Shown: positions 1 through 9,761, counted from the stretch's first letter. The stretch: 64,000 nt of DNA from Acidobacteriota bacterium (GCA_040755995.1 JBFMAF010000055.1:96001-160000); one strand, 5' to 3'. Notes: generated by a model not told the origin, from the letters alone. Translations and numbers: made by a program.

Positions 1-153
1 GCCTGAGGCCACTGAGCCGGCCGGTGCTGCCGCCTGCGCCGCAGCTTCGGGGACCTCCGGGCCCGCGGCCTCATCAGTCGTCCCGATCACCGCTTTGAGT
101 ATCTTCCGGCCCCATCCTTCGTCTCCGCCCTGCCCGCCAAGCTCTTCAGCCAT
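1..153 (-). CDS. 5' part of a hypothetical protein running off the left edge (MAEELGGQGGDEGWGRKILKAVIGTT...)
   Basis: ATG at 153-151 on the minus strand preceded by GAGGAGG RBS; frame open to the window edge; not in the ORF track. Confidence 0.6.
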   Translation of the reverse strand, partial: MAEELGGQGGDEGWGRKILKAVIGTTDEAAGPEVPEAAAQAAAPAGSVASG

Positions 154-176
154 CGCACTCCTCCTCTGCCAGGTGG

Positions 177-206
177 AACATAGCCAATGCCCGAATACGG
201 TGTCAA
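177..206 (-). promoter_or_regulatory. putative sigma70 promoter for the leftward gene
   Basis: minus strand TTGACA-18 nt-TATGTT upstream of the RBS. Confidence 0.45.
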
Positions 207-440
207 CCTGCATCCACAATCCCGGGGAGGTGCAGCCCGGAAACATGCCGCGGGTACACCGGTTCACAAGTCCACAGCTGACTCGTATCGTCTCCGCCGT
301 GATCGTTGACGTAGACGTGTATGCGTTCAGGCCGACATTCACGACCAGGCTCGCCGAAGCCCTGACTCAGTTTCATGGGCCCGAGGTCGGGAACGGGTGC
401 GGGTACGGATTCAGGCCAATGACGAGATCCGAAATTCGTC

Positions 441-470
441 TTGACTGTCCGGGCGCAGGCCCACTAAGAT
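441..470 (+). promoter_or_regulatory. putative sigma70 promoter for hemW
   Basis: TTGACT-18 nt-TAAGAT, 21 nt before the ATG. Confidence 0.4.
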
Positions 471-491
471 GCTTCCTCAACGCTGGTATTC

Positions 492-1592
492 ATGCACGAG
501 GCCGGACTTTACGTCCACATACCATTCTGCAGGAGCCGCTGCGGCTACTGTCATTTTACTACATCAGTAGTAGAGACGCAGGAGCCGTATGTAGAGGCGC
601 TGATTGGGGAGATCGAGGAGCGCGGCCGGAGCCCGGAGGTGGGACGGATGGTATTCGATTCCGTCTACTTCGGCGGGGGGACCCCGAGCCTCCTCCGGGC
701 GGACCTGTTCGCACTGCTGATCCATCGGTTGCGGGCGACCTTCCGCATCGAACGCGGCTGCGAGATCACGATCGAGGCCAACCCCGATGCCGGAGTGGCC
801 GCGAACGCGGCGTTCTACGCGGAACAGGGGGTCAACCGCGTGAGCATCGGGGCGCAGAGCGCGGTTCCGGCCGAGCTGGACTCGCTCGACAGACGCCACT
901 CGGTTGAAGACGTTCGCGCGAGCCTGCCCGCGATTCGGCGGCACATCGAAAACGTCAATCTGGATTTCATCCTCGGGATACCCGGCCAGGATCAGGCCAG
1001 CCTGGACGCGAGTCTTGCATTGATAGACGAGACTGCCCCATCGCATGTCTCCTTCTATATCTTGGAGCTCTCTGAGGAATCGAAGCCCGGCCGGTTGGCG
1101 CCGCCGGAGGACGAGACAGTCGAACGGCTCTACCGCCACGCATGCCGCATCATGAGATCGCGCGGCTACGTGCACTATGAGATCTGCAATTTCGGAAAAC
1201 CCGGACGGGAGTGCCGCCACAACCAGAAGTATTGGGACGGCTCCGACTACCTCGGCCTCGGCCTCTCGGCCTGTTCCCTGTATGCTGGCGGGCGTATTCA
1301 CAACACAACCCAGTGGGCTGACTACCTGGACGACCCGGCTCGCCACCGGCGTTTCATTCCGACCTCCGACGAAGCGCTGTCGAGGGAGACGATCTTCCTG
1401 TCACTGAGACAATCGAAAGGGCTCACGGTTTCGTCCTTCCAGCGGCGGTTCGGGTACGACCCCTATGCGCGCTTCAAGAGCGAGTGGGATGAGTTGATGG
1501 AATTCGGGCTCGTCGTTCGGGACGGCGATCGATTCTACATTCCGGAGGACAGGATGCTCATGGGCAACGAGGTCTTCGTCCGTTTCGTCTAG
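492..1592 (+). CDS. hemW: radical SAM heme chaperone HemW (HemN-like)
   Basis: LYVHIPFC, CxxxCxxC (CRSRCGYC), YFGGGTPS, HYEICNF, HNQKYW motifs; 366 aa. Confidence 0.88.
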   Translation: MHEAGLYVHIPFCRSRCGYCHFTTSVVETQEPYVEALIGEIEERGRSPEVGRMVFDSVYFGGGTPSLLRADLFALLIHRLRATFRIERGCEITIEANPDAGVAANAAFYAEQGVNRVSIGAQSAVPAELDSLDRRHSVEDVRASLPAIRRHIENVNLDFILGIPGQDQASLDASLALIDETAPSHVSFYILELSEESKPGRLAPPEDETVERLYRHACRIMRSRGYVHYEICNFGKPGRECRHNQKYWDGSDYLGLGLSACSLYAGGRIHNTTQWADYLDDPARHRRFIPTSDEALSRETIFLSLRQSKGLTVSSFQRRFGYDPYARFKSEWDELMEFGLVVRDGDRFYIPEDRMLMGNEVFVRFV

Positions 1593-1639
1593 CGGCGGCA
1601 TCCTGGATCGGCACCAGAGGAAGATGCAGGAGGACTTCG

Positions 1640-4600
1640 ATGGGCTCGTTGTCGCACGGCAGTGAGTTCGCCCCGTTCCTGAGCGGCGAGGAATCGAGCC
1701 ACGACCGCGTTTCGACACTGTATCGCACCACCGACGTGAGCGGGCGTGCGGTGGCTCTGCGCGTGTTCGCCCGCAACAGCGGCCTGCCGGCCGACCCGGG
1801 AGCCATGGGCGCCTACGCCCGGCTGGTACATCCACATCTGCAGCGCCTCCACGCGTTCGGTACACTCGCAAACGGCGGTCTATTCGCCGCGTGCGAGTGG
1901 GCCGGTGGGACCTGCGTGGCTGAACTGCGAGAGCCTCTTCCGACCGACGTCGTCCGCCGCACTGCCTTCCAGATGAGCTCGGCCCTGTCGTTCCTGCACG
2001 CCCGCGGCCTGACTCATGGCAACGTCGGCTCGACGACCGTGATGATCTCGGGCGAGGAGTCGCTCCTGACCAGGCCCGAGTGGGTGACCCGACGCGATCA
2101 CCCGCTGCCCCTCGCAGGCGGCGCCTCGCGCCCCGTCGATGCCGCTGCGTCCGACGTGGCCGGTCTGGGCAGGACTCTTCTGGAGATGTGCCTCCGCGAT
2201 GCCAACGCTGCCGATCTGTCCGACGCCACGCGCCTCGCACAGGCGATCTCAGCCGTTCACGATCCGCAGCTCAGGAGTCTCGTCCAACGGATGTTGGGCG
2301 GTCGCTGCACTGCGGAGTACGCCTTCAGCAGTTGCCTCCCCTGGATGCCCGCCTTCGACGCCTGCGCCGCGAGAAGCTGCGTGGGACACAGCCTGGACAG
2401 GCGACTGGCCTCAGTCGTCGACGCGACACTCGCTGAGCTCCGGCGCGGACATTCGTTCATTCTCTTCATTGAAGGGCGGTGGGGGACGGAGCGCAGGGAG
2501 ATGCTGGACCGTCTGGAGCTCTCGTACGGCGCTTCCTTGCTGGCGCTGCACATCCGCGGCTCTGGCGGTCCCACCGAGACCGCGCGCGTCCGAATCGACC
2601 AGGCCCTGCGCCACGCGGTCGCGGGTCTGCGTGGAGACGCTCCGATCAAGGCCGCGCGCACGGATGCGGGCGTTGTCGCTCAGCTCGCCGCCGGGCTGCT
2701 CCAGGCATCGGGCCGACCGGGCCTGCTCCTGTCGATCGAGATCGACGACGAACCCGACTCTGACGACCCCGCCTTCCTCGCCGAACTGCTCCCACACCTC
2801 CGGCAGCTTCCTTTCATCCTCATCGCCCACGCTCCGAGCAGGCCTCGAGGACTGCCCGAGGAAATCGCGCATGTGGTCATCGAGTATCCATCCGCACAGG
2901 AGCTCGTGGAGCGCTTCTTTCTGCCGGGTCCGGCCGCCGAGAGGATCAAGAAGAGGCTGGCCGTTGATTCCGGTGGAAACGTCGAACTCTTCCGAGAGGG
3001 GCTCTCAAAGGCGCTCATGACTCGTGGGGCCGACGCCGTCAACGGAAACTGGAAGGGCGGGGGGTCCACGATCCTTGCGTCAAACCTGCGCGATCTGATC
3101 GAGATGTTGCCGGATGATCAAAGAGCCGTGCTGTCGCTGCTCGCCCATGCCATTACTTCGCTTCCGCGCGAATTCTTCGCCGAGCACGAATGGGGACTGC
3201 TTCGCGATCTGCAGAGGTTTGTTACGTGCACAGACGCCGTCGCCAGGCTCAGGCCCGAGGCGCGCCGCCGGCTGGCGCGCGCCGCCGGCACGCGTCGGGC
3301 CGGCTGCACTGCCGTCCTTGCGCGGCTGGAAGAACGCCGGATCGAGATGCCTCCGCTGACGATGGCATGGCTTCTTGCAGGCGCCGGGAGACAAGGCCCG
3401 GCTATCGCCTCGTTGAAGCAGGCCGGCATGGCCGCGCTCGCCACGGCCCCGCGCGAGCGCGTGTCAAGGCTGTTCGCGAGGCTTGCGCGTCACGCCGGTC
3501 GCACCGCGGACATCGAGTTCTGGAGGCTTAGAGGCGACTGGGCCGTGGCCGGCGAGCAGTTTCGCGAGGCGATCGGGTACTACCGCCGGGCCGTCGAGCT
3601 CGCCGGCCGTCACGATCCGGACCTGATGTGCCGGTGCGCTCGATCGGCCGAGTCGGCGGCGGACTATCGACTGGCGGTGAGAACCGCCGAAGAAGCTCTG
3701 GACCTGGCCGGAGACGGTCGCGACGCGCTGGGGCTCCGCTGCATCGCAGCGCGCTGCCGCTACCTGCTCGGCGACATCGACGCAGCCAAGATCCACTGGG
3801 CGACAGCTCGTGTGCAGTGCGACGGCGCGCAGATCGCCGCGATAGACCGCGGTATCTGCATGCGCGACTTCGGGCATTTCCTATACAGATGCGACAGGAG
3901 CCGCGAAGCGCGCGAGGTCCTGGAGGAGTCGGAGGGGATTTTGCGGCAGATCCCCGAGGCGGCAGCCGAGTCCGCGAAGGCGATCCATTACCTCGGCTTC
4001 CTGCACCGGGCCGGCGGAGACCTGCGCGGTGCCCGCGCGTGCTTCGAGACTGCCGGCAAGAGGTATGCCGAGGCCGGATGCCTGCTCGAGCAGGGCAAGG
4101 TGGCCTCCGATCTCGGCCTACTACACATGGAGATGGAGCAGTGGCCGGATGCAAGGCGCCATCTCGAGATCAGCCTGGAGCTGTTCCGGAGGATACGAAA
4201 TCGGCGGGCGGTGATCCTGGCCAGCTTCAATCTTGCCGAGGTCATGCTCGCGACGGGCGAATACGAACAGGCGCGTCGAATTTATGATCGCTGCATGGTG
4301 GCTGACCGGGCCAGCGGCAGCCCGCGATTGGCGGCCTACACCAGCTCGAGCCTCGGCACTCTTGCCTTCTACAAGGGCGATCTGGATGAAGCATCGAGAC
4401 GGCTGGAGGAGGCGCTGGAGGCACTCACTGCTCACGGGGACCGGCGTGAGGTTCTGGATACGCTGCTGAAGCAGTTCCGAGTCTGTCTGGCGGAAGGTGC
4501 GGGAGACGCAGCGGACCTCCTCATTCAACGGATCCTACCGATGCTCGATGGAATCCCCGCATCCGATCGCCTGAATCTGGATTCTCTCGTGCTGCGGGCG

Positions 4601-6415
4601 GCCAGCCTCAGGCGGCGCGACGGCGAGGCAGCGTCGCAGCTGGCGCACACCGCGCTGGAGTCGTGCGCCGATCGCCCGTCGGTTCAGGCGCAGGCTCATC
4701 TGGTGCTGGCAGAGGTCGCGGCGCTTGCCGGCAGGGGCCGCGAGATGAGTGGACACTACAGGCGGGCCCTTGCCGCTTCGGACCGGTGTTTGAATCCGCA
4801 TGTGCAGCTGGAGGTCCGGATGTCGATGCTGGCGCACGCCGCGGCCGAGGCGCTGAGGGACCCGGGCTTCTGCGGGAGGACGGAGGACATGCTCGATCGC
4901 TCCGGAAACCAGAGGCTGATCCGGCTGTATCGCGAATGGAGCGATGCGAACCGGGCGGTGTTGGGCCTGCCGTCTCCCCGCCGATTCGCTCCCCCGGGCA
5001 TCGAGACCGAGGTTTACAAGATCAGTCGCCGCGCCGGCCAGGGCTCCAGCGACGAGTCGGTGGCGGCGCTGATCGTCGACGCGATCATCGACCGGCTGGG
5101 CGCCGATCGAGGCGTGTTGGCGCTGAAGTCGGACGGAGGTCTGCGGATGCTCGTCAGCCGCGGGGCCTTGCCGGATACGGCCGGCTACGCGCTCGACGTC
5201 CTCACGACCACTACGGGACGCGCGGACCCCATCGTGCTGCGGGGACCGGAGACGATGCCGGAGGCGATGCGGGCGCACGGTGTTGCATCCGCCCTCGCAG
5301 TCCCCGTCTTTCACAAGGGCCAGAGCGCAGGGGCGATCTATCTGGAACGGCGAGGTGATTCGGATGCATTCACGAAGGACGATGCCGAATTTGTAGCCGC
5401 GCTGGCCGACGGGCTGGCTTTGGGACTTCGAGGCCTGTGGGTAGAAGGGGGAAAGGCGGGCTCGGCCGAGCGCCACCCGGCACTGGCCGGGTTCATCACT
5501 CATTCCGAGAAGATGCTCGGCGTCCTGGATTCGGCCTGCCGCGTCGCGGCACGCGACGTGAATGTGCTCATCACGGGCGAGAGTGGAACCGGCAAGGAAC
5601 TGCTGGCGCGCGCCATCCACGAGATGAGCGGGCGGAGGCGCGACCGCTTCGTGCCGATCAACTGCGGCGCTATCCCGGAGAACTTGTTGGAGAGCGAGTT
5701 CTTCGGATACTGCCGGGGGGCGTTCACCGACGCCCGCGCGGATCGTGCCGGGCTCATAGAGGAGGCCTCCGGCGGAACGCTGTTCTTGGATGAGATCGGG
5801 GAGATGCCGATGAAGCTCCAGGCCAAGCTCCTGCGAGTGGTGCAGGAGCGCGAGTTCAGGAGGATCGGGGAGACACGCAGCCGCTCGGCGGATGTGCGAT
5901 TCGTCTGCGCTACGAATCGTGACCTGGCGGCCGACGTCGCAGCGGGCCGGTTCAGGGAGGACCTGTTCTACCGCCTGCAGGTGGTGACTCTCACGATCCC
6001 GCCGCTGCGGGAGCGGCGTGAGGATGTGATGCCGCTCGTCGAGCACTTCGTCGCGTTGTATTCCCGAAACTATGGGATCACGCCTCCTCGGCTCGGCAGC
6101 TCTGCGCGCAACTGGATCCAGCGCCATCCGTGGGGAGGGAATGTGCGCGAGCTCCAGAATGCGCTCCAGCGAGCCCTCCTCGCGGTGGGCGACGGAGCCG
6201 TGCTGGAGAGGGAGCATTTCCATTCTTTGACGGCCGAGGAGTCCATCGTCCCCGTGGTATCCGGCTTGACCTTTGCGCAGGCGTGCTCGAAGTTCGAGCG
6301 CGCGTTTCTGACGGAGGCGCTGCGGTGCGCGAATGGAAGCAAGACGGTCTGCGCGCGCGACCTGGGGCTGAGTCGCCAGGGCCTCTTCAAGCTGATGAAG
6401 AAGCACGGGCTGTGA
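1640..6415 (+). CDS. multidomain sigma54-dependent activator: pseudokinase + degenerate STAND/AAA ATPase + TPR array + GAF + sigma54 AAA+ + Fis-type HTH
   Basis: C-terminal GESGTGKE, GAFTDA, LFLDEIG, FREDLFYRL, WGGNVRELQN and HTH (ARDLGLSRQGLFKLMKKHGL); N-terminal kinase-like VALRVF/LVHPHL/FLHARGLTHGN; GGAGGA RBS. Confidence 0.85.
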   Translation: MGSLSHGSEFAPFLSGEESSHDRVSTLYRTTDVSGRAVALRVFARNSGLPADPGAMGAYARLVHPHLQRLHAFGTLANGGLFAACEWAGGTCVAELREPLPTDVVRRTAFQMSSALSFLHARGLTHGNVGSTTVMISGEESLLTRPEWVTRRDHPLPLAGGASRPVDAAASDVAGLGRTLLEMCLRDANAADLSDATRLAQAISAVHDPQLRSLVQRMLGGRCTAEYAFSSCLPWMPAFDACAARSCVGHSLDRRLASVVDATLAELRRGHSFILFIEGRWGTERREMLDRLELSYGASLLALHIRGSGGPTETARVRIDQALRHAVAGLRGDAPIKAARTDAGVVAQLAAGLLQASGRPGLLLSIEIDDEPDSDDPAFLAELLPHLRQLPFILIAHAPSRPRGLPEEIAHVVIEYPSAQELVERFFLPGPAAERIKKRLAVDSGGNVELFREGLSKALMTRGADAVNGNWKGGGSTILASNLRDLIEMLPDDQRAVLSLLAHAITSLPREFFAEHEWGLLRDLQRFVTCTDAVARLRPEARRRLARAAGTRRAGCTAVLARLEERRIEMPPLTMAWLLAGAGRQGPAIASLKQAGMAALATAPRERVSRLFARLARHAGRTADIEFWRLRGDWAVAGEQFREAIGYYRRAVELAGRHDPDLMCRCARSAESAADYRLAVRTAEEALDLAGDGRDALGLRCIAARCRYLLGDIDAAKIHWATARVQCDGAQIAAIDRGICMRDFGHFLYRCDRSREAREVLEESEGILRQIPEAAAESAKAIHYLGFLHRAGGDLRGARACFETAGKRYAEAGCLLEQGKVASDLGLLHMEMEQWPDARRHLEISLELFRRIRNRRAVILASFNLAEVMLATGEYEQARRIYDRCMVADRASGSPRLAAYTSSSLGTLAFYKGDLDEASRRLEEALEALTAHGDRREVLDTLLKQFRVCLAEGAGDAADLLIQRILPMLDGIPASDRLNLDSLVLRAASLRRRDGEAASQLAHTALESCADRPSVQAQAHLVLAEVAALAGRGREMSGHYRRALAASDRCLNPHVQLEVRMSMLAHAAAEALRDPGFCGRTEDMLDRSGNQRLIRLYREWSDANRAVLGLPSPRRFAPPGIETEVYKISRRAGQGSSDESVAALIVDAIIDRLGADRGVLALKSDGGLRMLVSRGALPDTAGYALDVLTTTTGRADPIVLRGPETMPEAMRAHGVASALAVPVFHKGQSAGAIYLERRGDSDAFTKDDAEFVAALADGLALGLRGLWVEGGKAGSAERHPALAGFITHSEKMLGVLDSACRVAARDVNVLITGESGTGKELLARAIHEMSGRRRDRFVPINCGAIPENLLESEFFGYCRGAFTDARADRAGLIEEASGGTLFLDEIGEMPMKLQAKLLRVVQEREFRRIGETRSRSADVRFVCATNRDLAADVAAGRFREDLFYRLQVVTLTIPPLRERREDVMPLVEHFVALYSRNYGITPPRLGSSARNWIQRHPWGGNVRELQNALQRALLAVGDGAVLEREHFHSLTAEESIVPVVSGLTFAQACSKFERAFLTEALRCANGSKTVCARDLGLSRQGLFKLMKKHGL

Positions 6416-6530
6416 CGGAGGCTCCGGCGGAAGCGCATTTTGCGACCAGCTGGCGGCTTGAGGCGGAAAAGAACATGTTGCGACAGAGTGAAGCTCTTGG
6501 AGCGGTGCGCCATCGCCACGCGGGAGCTGC

Positions 6531-6560
6531 CCACTCTCCACTCTCAACTCTCCACTCTCT
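6531..6560. repeat. heptamer tandem repeat (C[C/A]ACTCT)x4
   Basis: ccactct ccactct caactct ccactct in the intergenic region. Confidence 0.7.
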
Positions 6561-6620
6561 ACGCGAGGCGCGGCCAACACGGTCTCGCATGCTTCATCGG
6601 TCCGAGGCCGCACGTCGCTA
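6552..6620. repeat. dispersed ~70-nt palindromic element, copy A
   Basis: closely similar to 59236..59305; imperfect terminal inverted arms gcgaggcgcggcc...ggccgcacgtcgc. Confidence 0.7.
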
Positions 6621-6623
6621 AAG

Positions 6624-7547
6624 ATGGGGCGATACGTCATCAGGCGGCTTGTCGTCGGCGCAGTTGTGTTGACCGGCGTCCTCCTCCTTACCTTTCTATT
6701 AATACACTGCATGCCTGGCGACCCTGTGCGGTCGATGCTGGGCGATGCCGCACAGTCAGCGGACGTCGTCGCCTTGAGACACCGGTTGGGTCTGGACCTA
6801 CCGATCGCCGAGCAACTGCGGCGCTACCTCCTGAACATCGCCAGGCTCGATCTCGGCCGCTCGGTCTATTCCTCCCAGCCGGTCATGATGCTTGTGAGTC
6901 GATCGTTCCGGTACACCCTCGTACTTGCGCTGGCGGCGCTGTCGATAGGGACGCTCAGCGGCGTTCCGCTCGGCGCCTTCGCCGCGCTGAAGGACCGCGG
7001 ATGGGGATCGGCGATCTCGGCCGCTGCAAGCGCAGCGTGGGCGGTGCCGGTGTTCTGGCTCGCTCCAATGCTGACCCTGGGGCTCGCCGTCAAACTGGGT
7101 CTGTTGCCAGTCTCGGGTTGCGAGACTGCCGTTCACATGGTTCTCCCGGCCCTCACCCTGGCCGTTCCGACCGCCGCCTATCTGACCCGAATGACGAAGG
7201 CGCGGGTCGAAGCCGTGGTGGTGTGCGACTTCGTTCGCGCACTTCGAGCGCGTGGTCTCCGCGAGTCCCGTGTGGTCGCTCTGCATGTTCTCCCGAACGC
7301 GCTCGTCCCCCTGCTCTCCGTAGTCGCGCTGCTGTTCGGTAACCTGCTCGCGGGTGCAGTCATCACCGAGTCGGTGTTCGCATGGCCGGGGATGGGCAGA
7401 CTCCTCGTGACATCAATCGCCCATCGCGACTACCCCGTCATTCAGGCTTGTGTGCTTGTCGCGGCCTGCCTCTACGTAGGTCTCAATCTCGCGGCGGACC
7501 TGCTGCATGCCGCGCTCGATCCTCGTGTGCGCGAGGGCCTGGACTGA
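6624..7547 (+). CDS. peptide/nickel ABC transporter permease (DppB/OppB-like)
   Basis: MPGDPV, LGLDLP, DLGRS, GAVITESVFAWPGMGRL, RDYPVIQ, DPRVR. Confidence 0.9.
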   Translation: MGRYVIRRLVVGAVVLTGVLLLTFLLIHCMPGDPVRSMLGDAAQSADVVALRHRLGLDLPIAEQLRRYLLNIARLDLGRSVYSSQPVMMLVSRSFRYTLVLALAALSIGTLSGVPLGAFAALKDRGWGSAISAAASAAWAVPVFWLAPMLTLGLAVKLGLLPVSGCETAVHMVLPALTLAVPTAAYLTRMTKARVEAVVVCDFVRALRARGLRESRVVALHVLPNALVPLLSVVALLFGNLLAGAVITESVFAWPGMGRLLVTSIAHRDYPVIQACVLVAACLYVGLNLAADLLHAALDPRVREGLD

Positions 7548-8446
7548 TGGGCAGCTCGTTGACCAGCCGGCCGGCCTCCGGGGATGACGCCGCGCGCGGA
7601 TGGCAGCGCCGTCGTCACGGGCATTCTGACCGATCGACTAGCGCGGTGGACGCGCGATTGGGCGCGGGGCTTCTCCTGCTGGCTCTTCCTGCTGTTCTCA
7701 CTTTGTACTCGATGCTTCTGCCGGTCGACTCGTACACGGCCGCATCTCTTCCAGAGAGACTCAGCGGGCCCGACTGGCGGCATCCGCTGGGAACCGACGA
7801 GCTGGGCCGTGATGTGCTGAGAAGGATCTCCGTCGGTGCCCGCGTGTCTCTCGTCTTGAGCGTGTCGGTGGTATTGATCGCCGGACTGGCGGGACTTCTG
7901 GTGGGCAGCACGGCTGGATATGGTGGCGGCGCGGTCGATCACACCGCAGTTTTCCTGGTTGATACGTTTCTCTCGTTCCCGCCGATGCTGCTGGCCCTGG
8001 CCCTGGTAGCGGTCCTTGGCACGGGTCTGACTCAGCTTTTCGTTGGGTTGGCGATCTCGACCTGGCCGGGCTACGCTCGAATTGCGCGATCTCTTGTGGT
8101 CGCGCTCCGCGGCCGAGGTTTCGTGGAGGCGCTGCGCGCGCTCGGCGCCTCAAACACGCGGATCATTTTCCGGCATCTGCTTCCTCACATCGCAGGGCCG
8201 ATGCTGGTGCAGGCGATGCTGGATGTTCCAGCCGTGCTTCTAATGGAAGGGGGCATGAGCTTTCTCGGGCTGGGAGTTCAGCCGCCCGATCCCTCGTGGG
8301 GGGCGATGATCGACGAGGGACGCCGGCATCTCGTCGACGATCCTGCGCTGGTGGTTGTTCCCGGCGCAGCGGTGCTGTTGACGGTTCTGGGACTGAATCT
8401 GCTGGGCGAGGCACTTGCCGCGCGCATGGATCCGCGCCGCGCGTGA
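7547..8446 (+). CDS. peptide/nickel ABC transporter permease (DppC/OppC-like)
   Basis: HPLGTDELGRD, FVEALRALGAS..RIIFRHLLP, SFLGLG..PP.PSWG; ATG overlaps the upstream TGA. Confidence 0.9.
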   Translation: MGSSLTSRPASGDDAARGWQRRRHGHSDRSTSAVDARLGAGLLLLALPAVLTLYSMLLPVDSYTAASLPERLSGPDWRHPLGTDELGRDVLRRISVGARVSLVLSVSVVLIAGLAGLLVGSTAGYGGGAVDHTAVFLVDTFLSFPPMLLALALVAVLGTGLTQLFVGLAISTWPGYARIARSLVVALRGRGFVEALRALGASNTRIIFRHLLPHIAGPMLVQAMLDVPAVLLMEGGMSFLGLGVQPPDPSWGAMIDEGRRHLVDDPALVVVPGAAVLLTVLGLNLLGEALAARMDPRRA

Positions 8447-8488
8447 GCCCGCGAGGCGCCTCGGAGCCACATTACGCCTGTGGCAAAT

Positions 8489-8510
8489 TTTTTTTACATT
8501 TGTAAAAAAA
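8489..8510. promoter_or_regulatory. AT-rich inverted repeat (candidate operator) upstream of the pil operon
   Basis: TTTTTTTACA-TT-TGTAAAAAAA, perfect 10-bp arms in a GC-rich background. Confidence 0.5.
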
Positions 8511-8601
8511 GTGCTTGCGCGCACCCCTGGTCTTTTGGTAAAAGGGGAGTGTCGAAGCTCAGAAAACGAATATGGAGCCCTTGAGGTTCATAAACTCGCG
8601 C

Positions 8602-8630
8602 TTGACATCTACGATAGTTGTTGATAGCTT
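8602..8630 (+). promoter_or_regulatory. sigma70-type promoter of pilMNOPQ
   Basis: TTGACA-17 nt-TAGCTT with extended TG. Confidence 0.55.
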
Positions 8631-8687
8631 TGTGGCCGGTTCGCCGGTTTTTTCAAGCCTAACCTTTTAACGGCAGGGGTTAAAAAA

Positions 8688-9761
8688 GTGCTCTTCGGAA
8701 AAACAAAAAACCTGGTCGGATTGGACATCGGGAGTAGCTCGGTCAAGGCGGTGGAGCTGGCATCGAGCGGGCGCCCGGGTAGCGAAACGTACAAGCTCAG
8801 GCACCTGGGCATCGAGCCCTTACCTCCGCAGACCATTGTCGAGCGCGACATCATCGACAACCTGCAGGTGAGCGAGGCGATCAAGAAACTGTTCACAGAG
8901 CACAAGATCAAGAACAGGAATGTGTGTACGGGCATCGCCGGGAACTCGGTGATCGTCAAGAAGTTCAGTCTGGCGCAGATGACGCCGGAAGAGCTGGCCG
9001 AGTCGATTCACTGGGAGGCGGAGCAGTACATACCGTTCCCGATCGCCGATGTGAACCTGGACTATCAGGCAGTCGAGTCTTCGAAGGCGGCGGAGCAGGG
9101 GAAGATGGAAGTGCTGCTGGCCGCGGCCAAGAAGGACAAGATCGGCGGGTACACGAGCGTCATCACGCAGTCGGGCAAGAACACCATGGTGGTGGACGTC
9201 GACGCCTTCGCCGTTCAGAACGCGTACGAAGTGAACTACGAGATGCCCATCAACCGTGTCGTGGCCCTGCTCAACATCGGCGCCAGCCTCATGAACATCA
9301 ACATCCTCTACCAGGGGGTGTCGATCTTCAGCCGGGACATCTCGATCGGAGGCAACAACTATACCGACGCCATCCAGAAGGGGTTGAACCTGAGCTACGA
9401 GAAGGCCGAGGCGGCCAAGAGGGGGGAGAGCACGGATGGCGCGTCGCCCCAGCAGGTCTCAGGCATCATGAGCGAGGTTTCTGACGATCTCAAGAACGAG
9501 ATCCAGAAGACTTTCGAATTCTTCAAGGCCACGTCGGGCCAGGAGAAAGTCGATCAGATCATGCTGAGCGGCGGCACGGCCAAGGTCGTGGGCCTGGCCG
9601 ATCTTCTTGCCGACAAGTTCAACACACCTGTGGAGCTGCTCAATCCATTCCGCAATGTCGGTTTCAACCCGAAGGTATTCGATCCCGACTACATCGCGGA
9701 CGTGGCTCCGTTTGCGACGGTTGCGGTTGGACTCGCCCTTAGAAAGGTGGGGGACCGATGA
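8688..9761 (+). CDS. pilM: type IV pilus assembly protein PilM
   Basis: VGLDIGSSSVK, EAEQYIPF, LLNIGA, GGNNYT, LSGGTA, AVGLALR (actin-like fold); GTG start. Confidence 0.95.
   Translation: MLFGKTKNLVGLDIGSSSVKAVELASSGRPGSETYKLRHLGIEPLPPQTIVERDIIDNLQVSEAIKKLFTEHKIKNRNVCTGIAGNSVIVKKFSLAQMTPEELAESIHWEAEQYIPFPIADVNLDYQAVESSKAAEQGKMEVLLAAAKKDKIGGYTSVITQSGKNTMVVDVDAFAVQNAYEVNYEMPINRVVALLNIGASLMNINILYQGVSIFSRDISIGGNNYTDAIQKGLNLSYEKAEAAKRGESTDGASPQQVSGIMSEVSDDLKNEIQKTFEFFKATSGQEKVDQIMLSGGTAKVVGLADLLADKFNTPVELLNPFRNVGFNPKVFDPDYIADVAPFATVAVGLALRKVGDR

Noticed and set aside
5716..5740. GAFTDA instead of GAFTGA in both sigma54 activators
   Set aside because: A recurrent natural variant; not evidence of novelty by itself.
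4535..6712. Long antisense ORFs (also 12632..14125, 15606..16889, 29815..31587, 38291..39661, 54146..55762)
   Set aside because: Shadow frames opposite well-supported genes; typical of high-GC DNA and without motifs.
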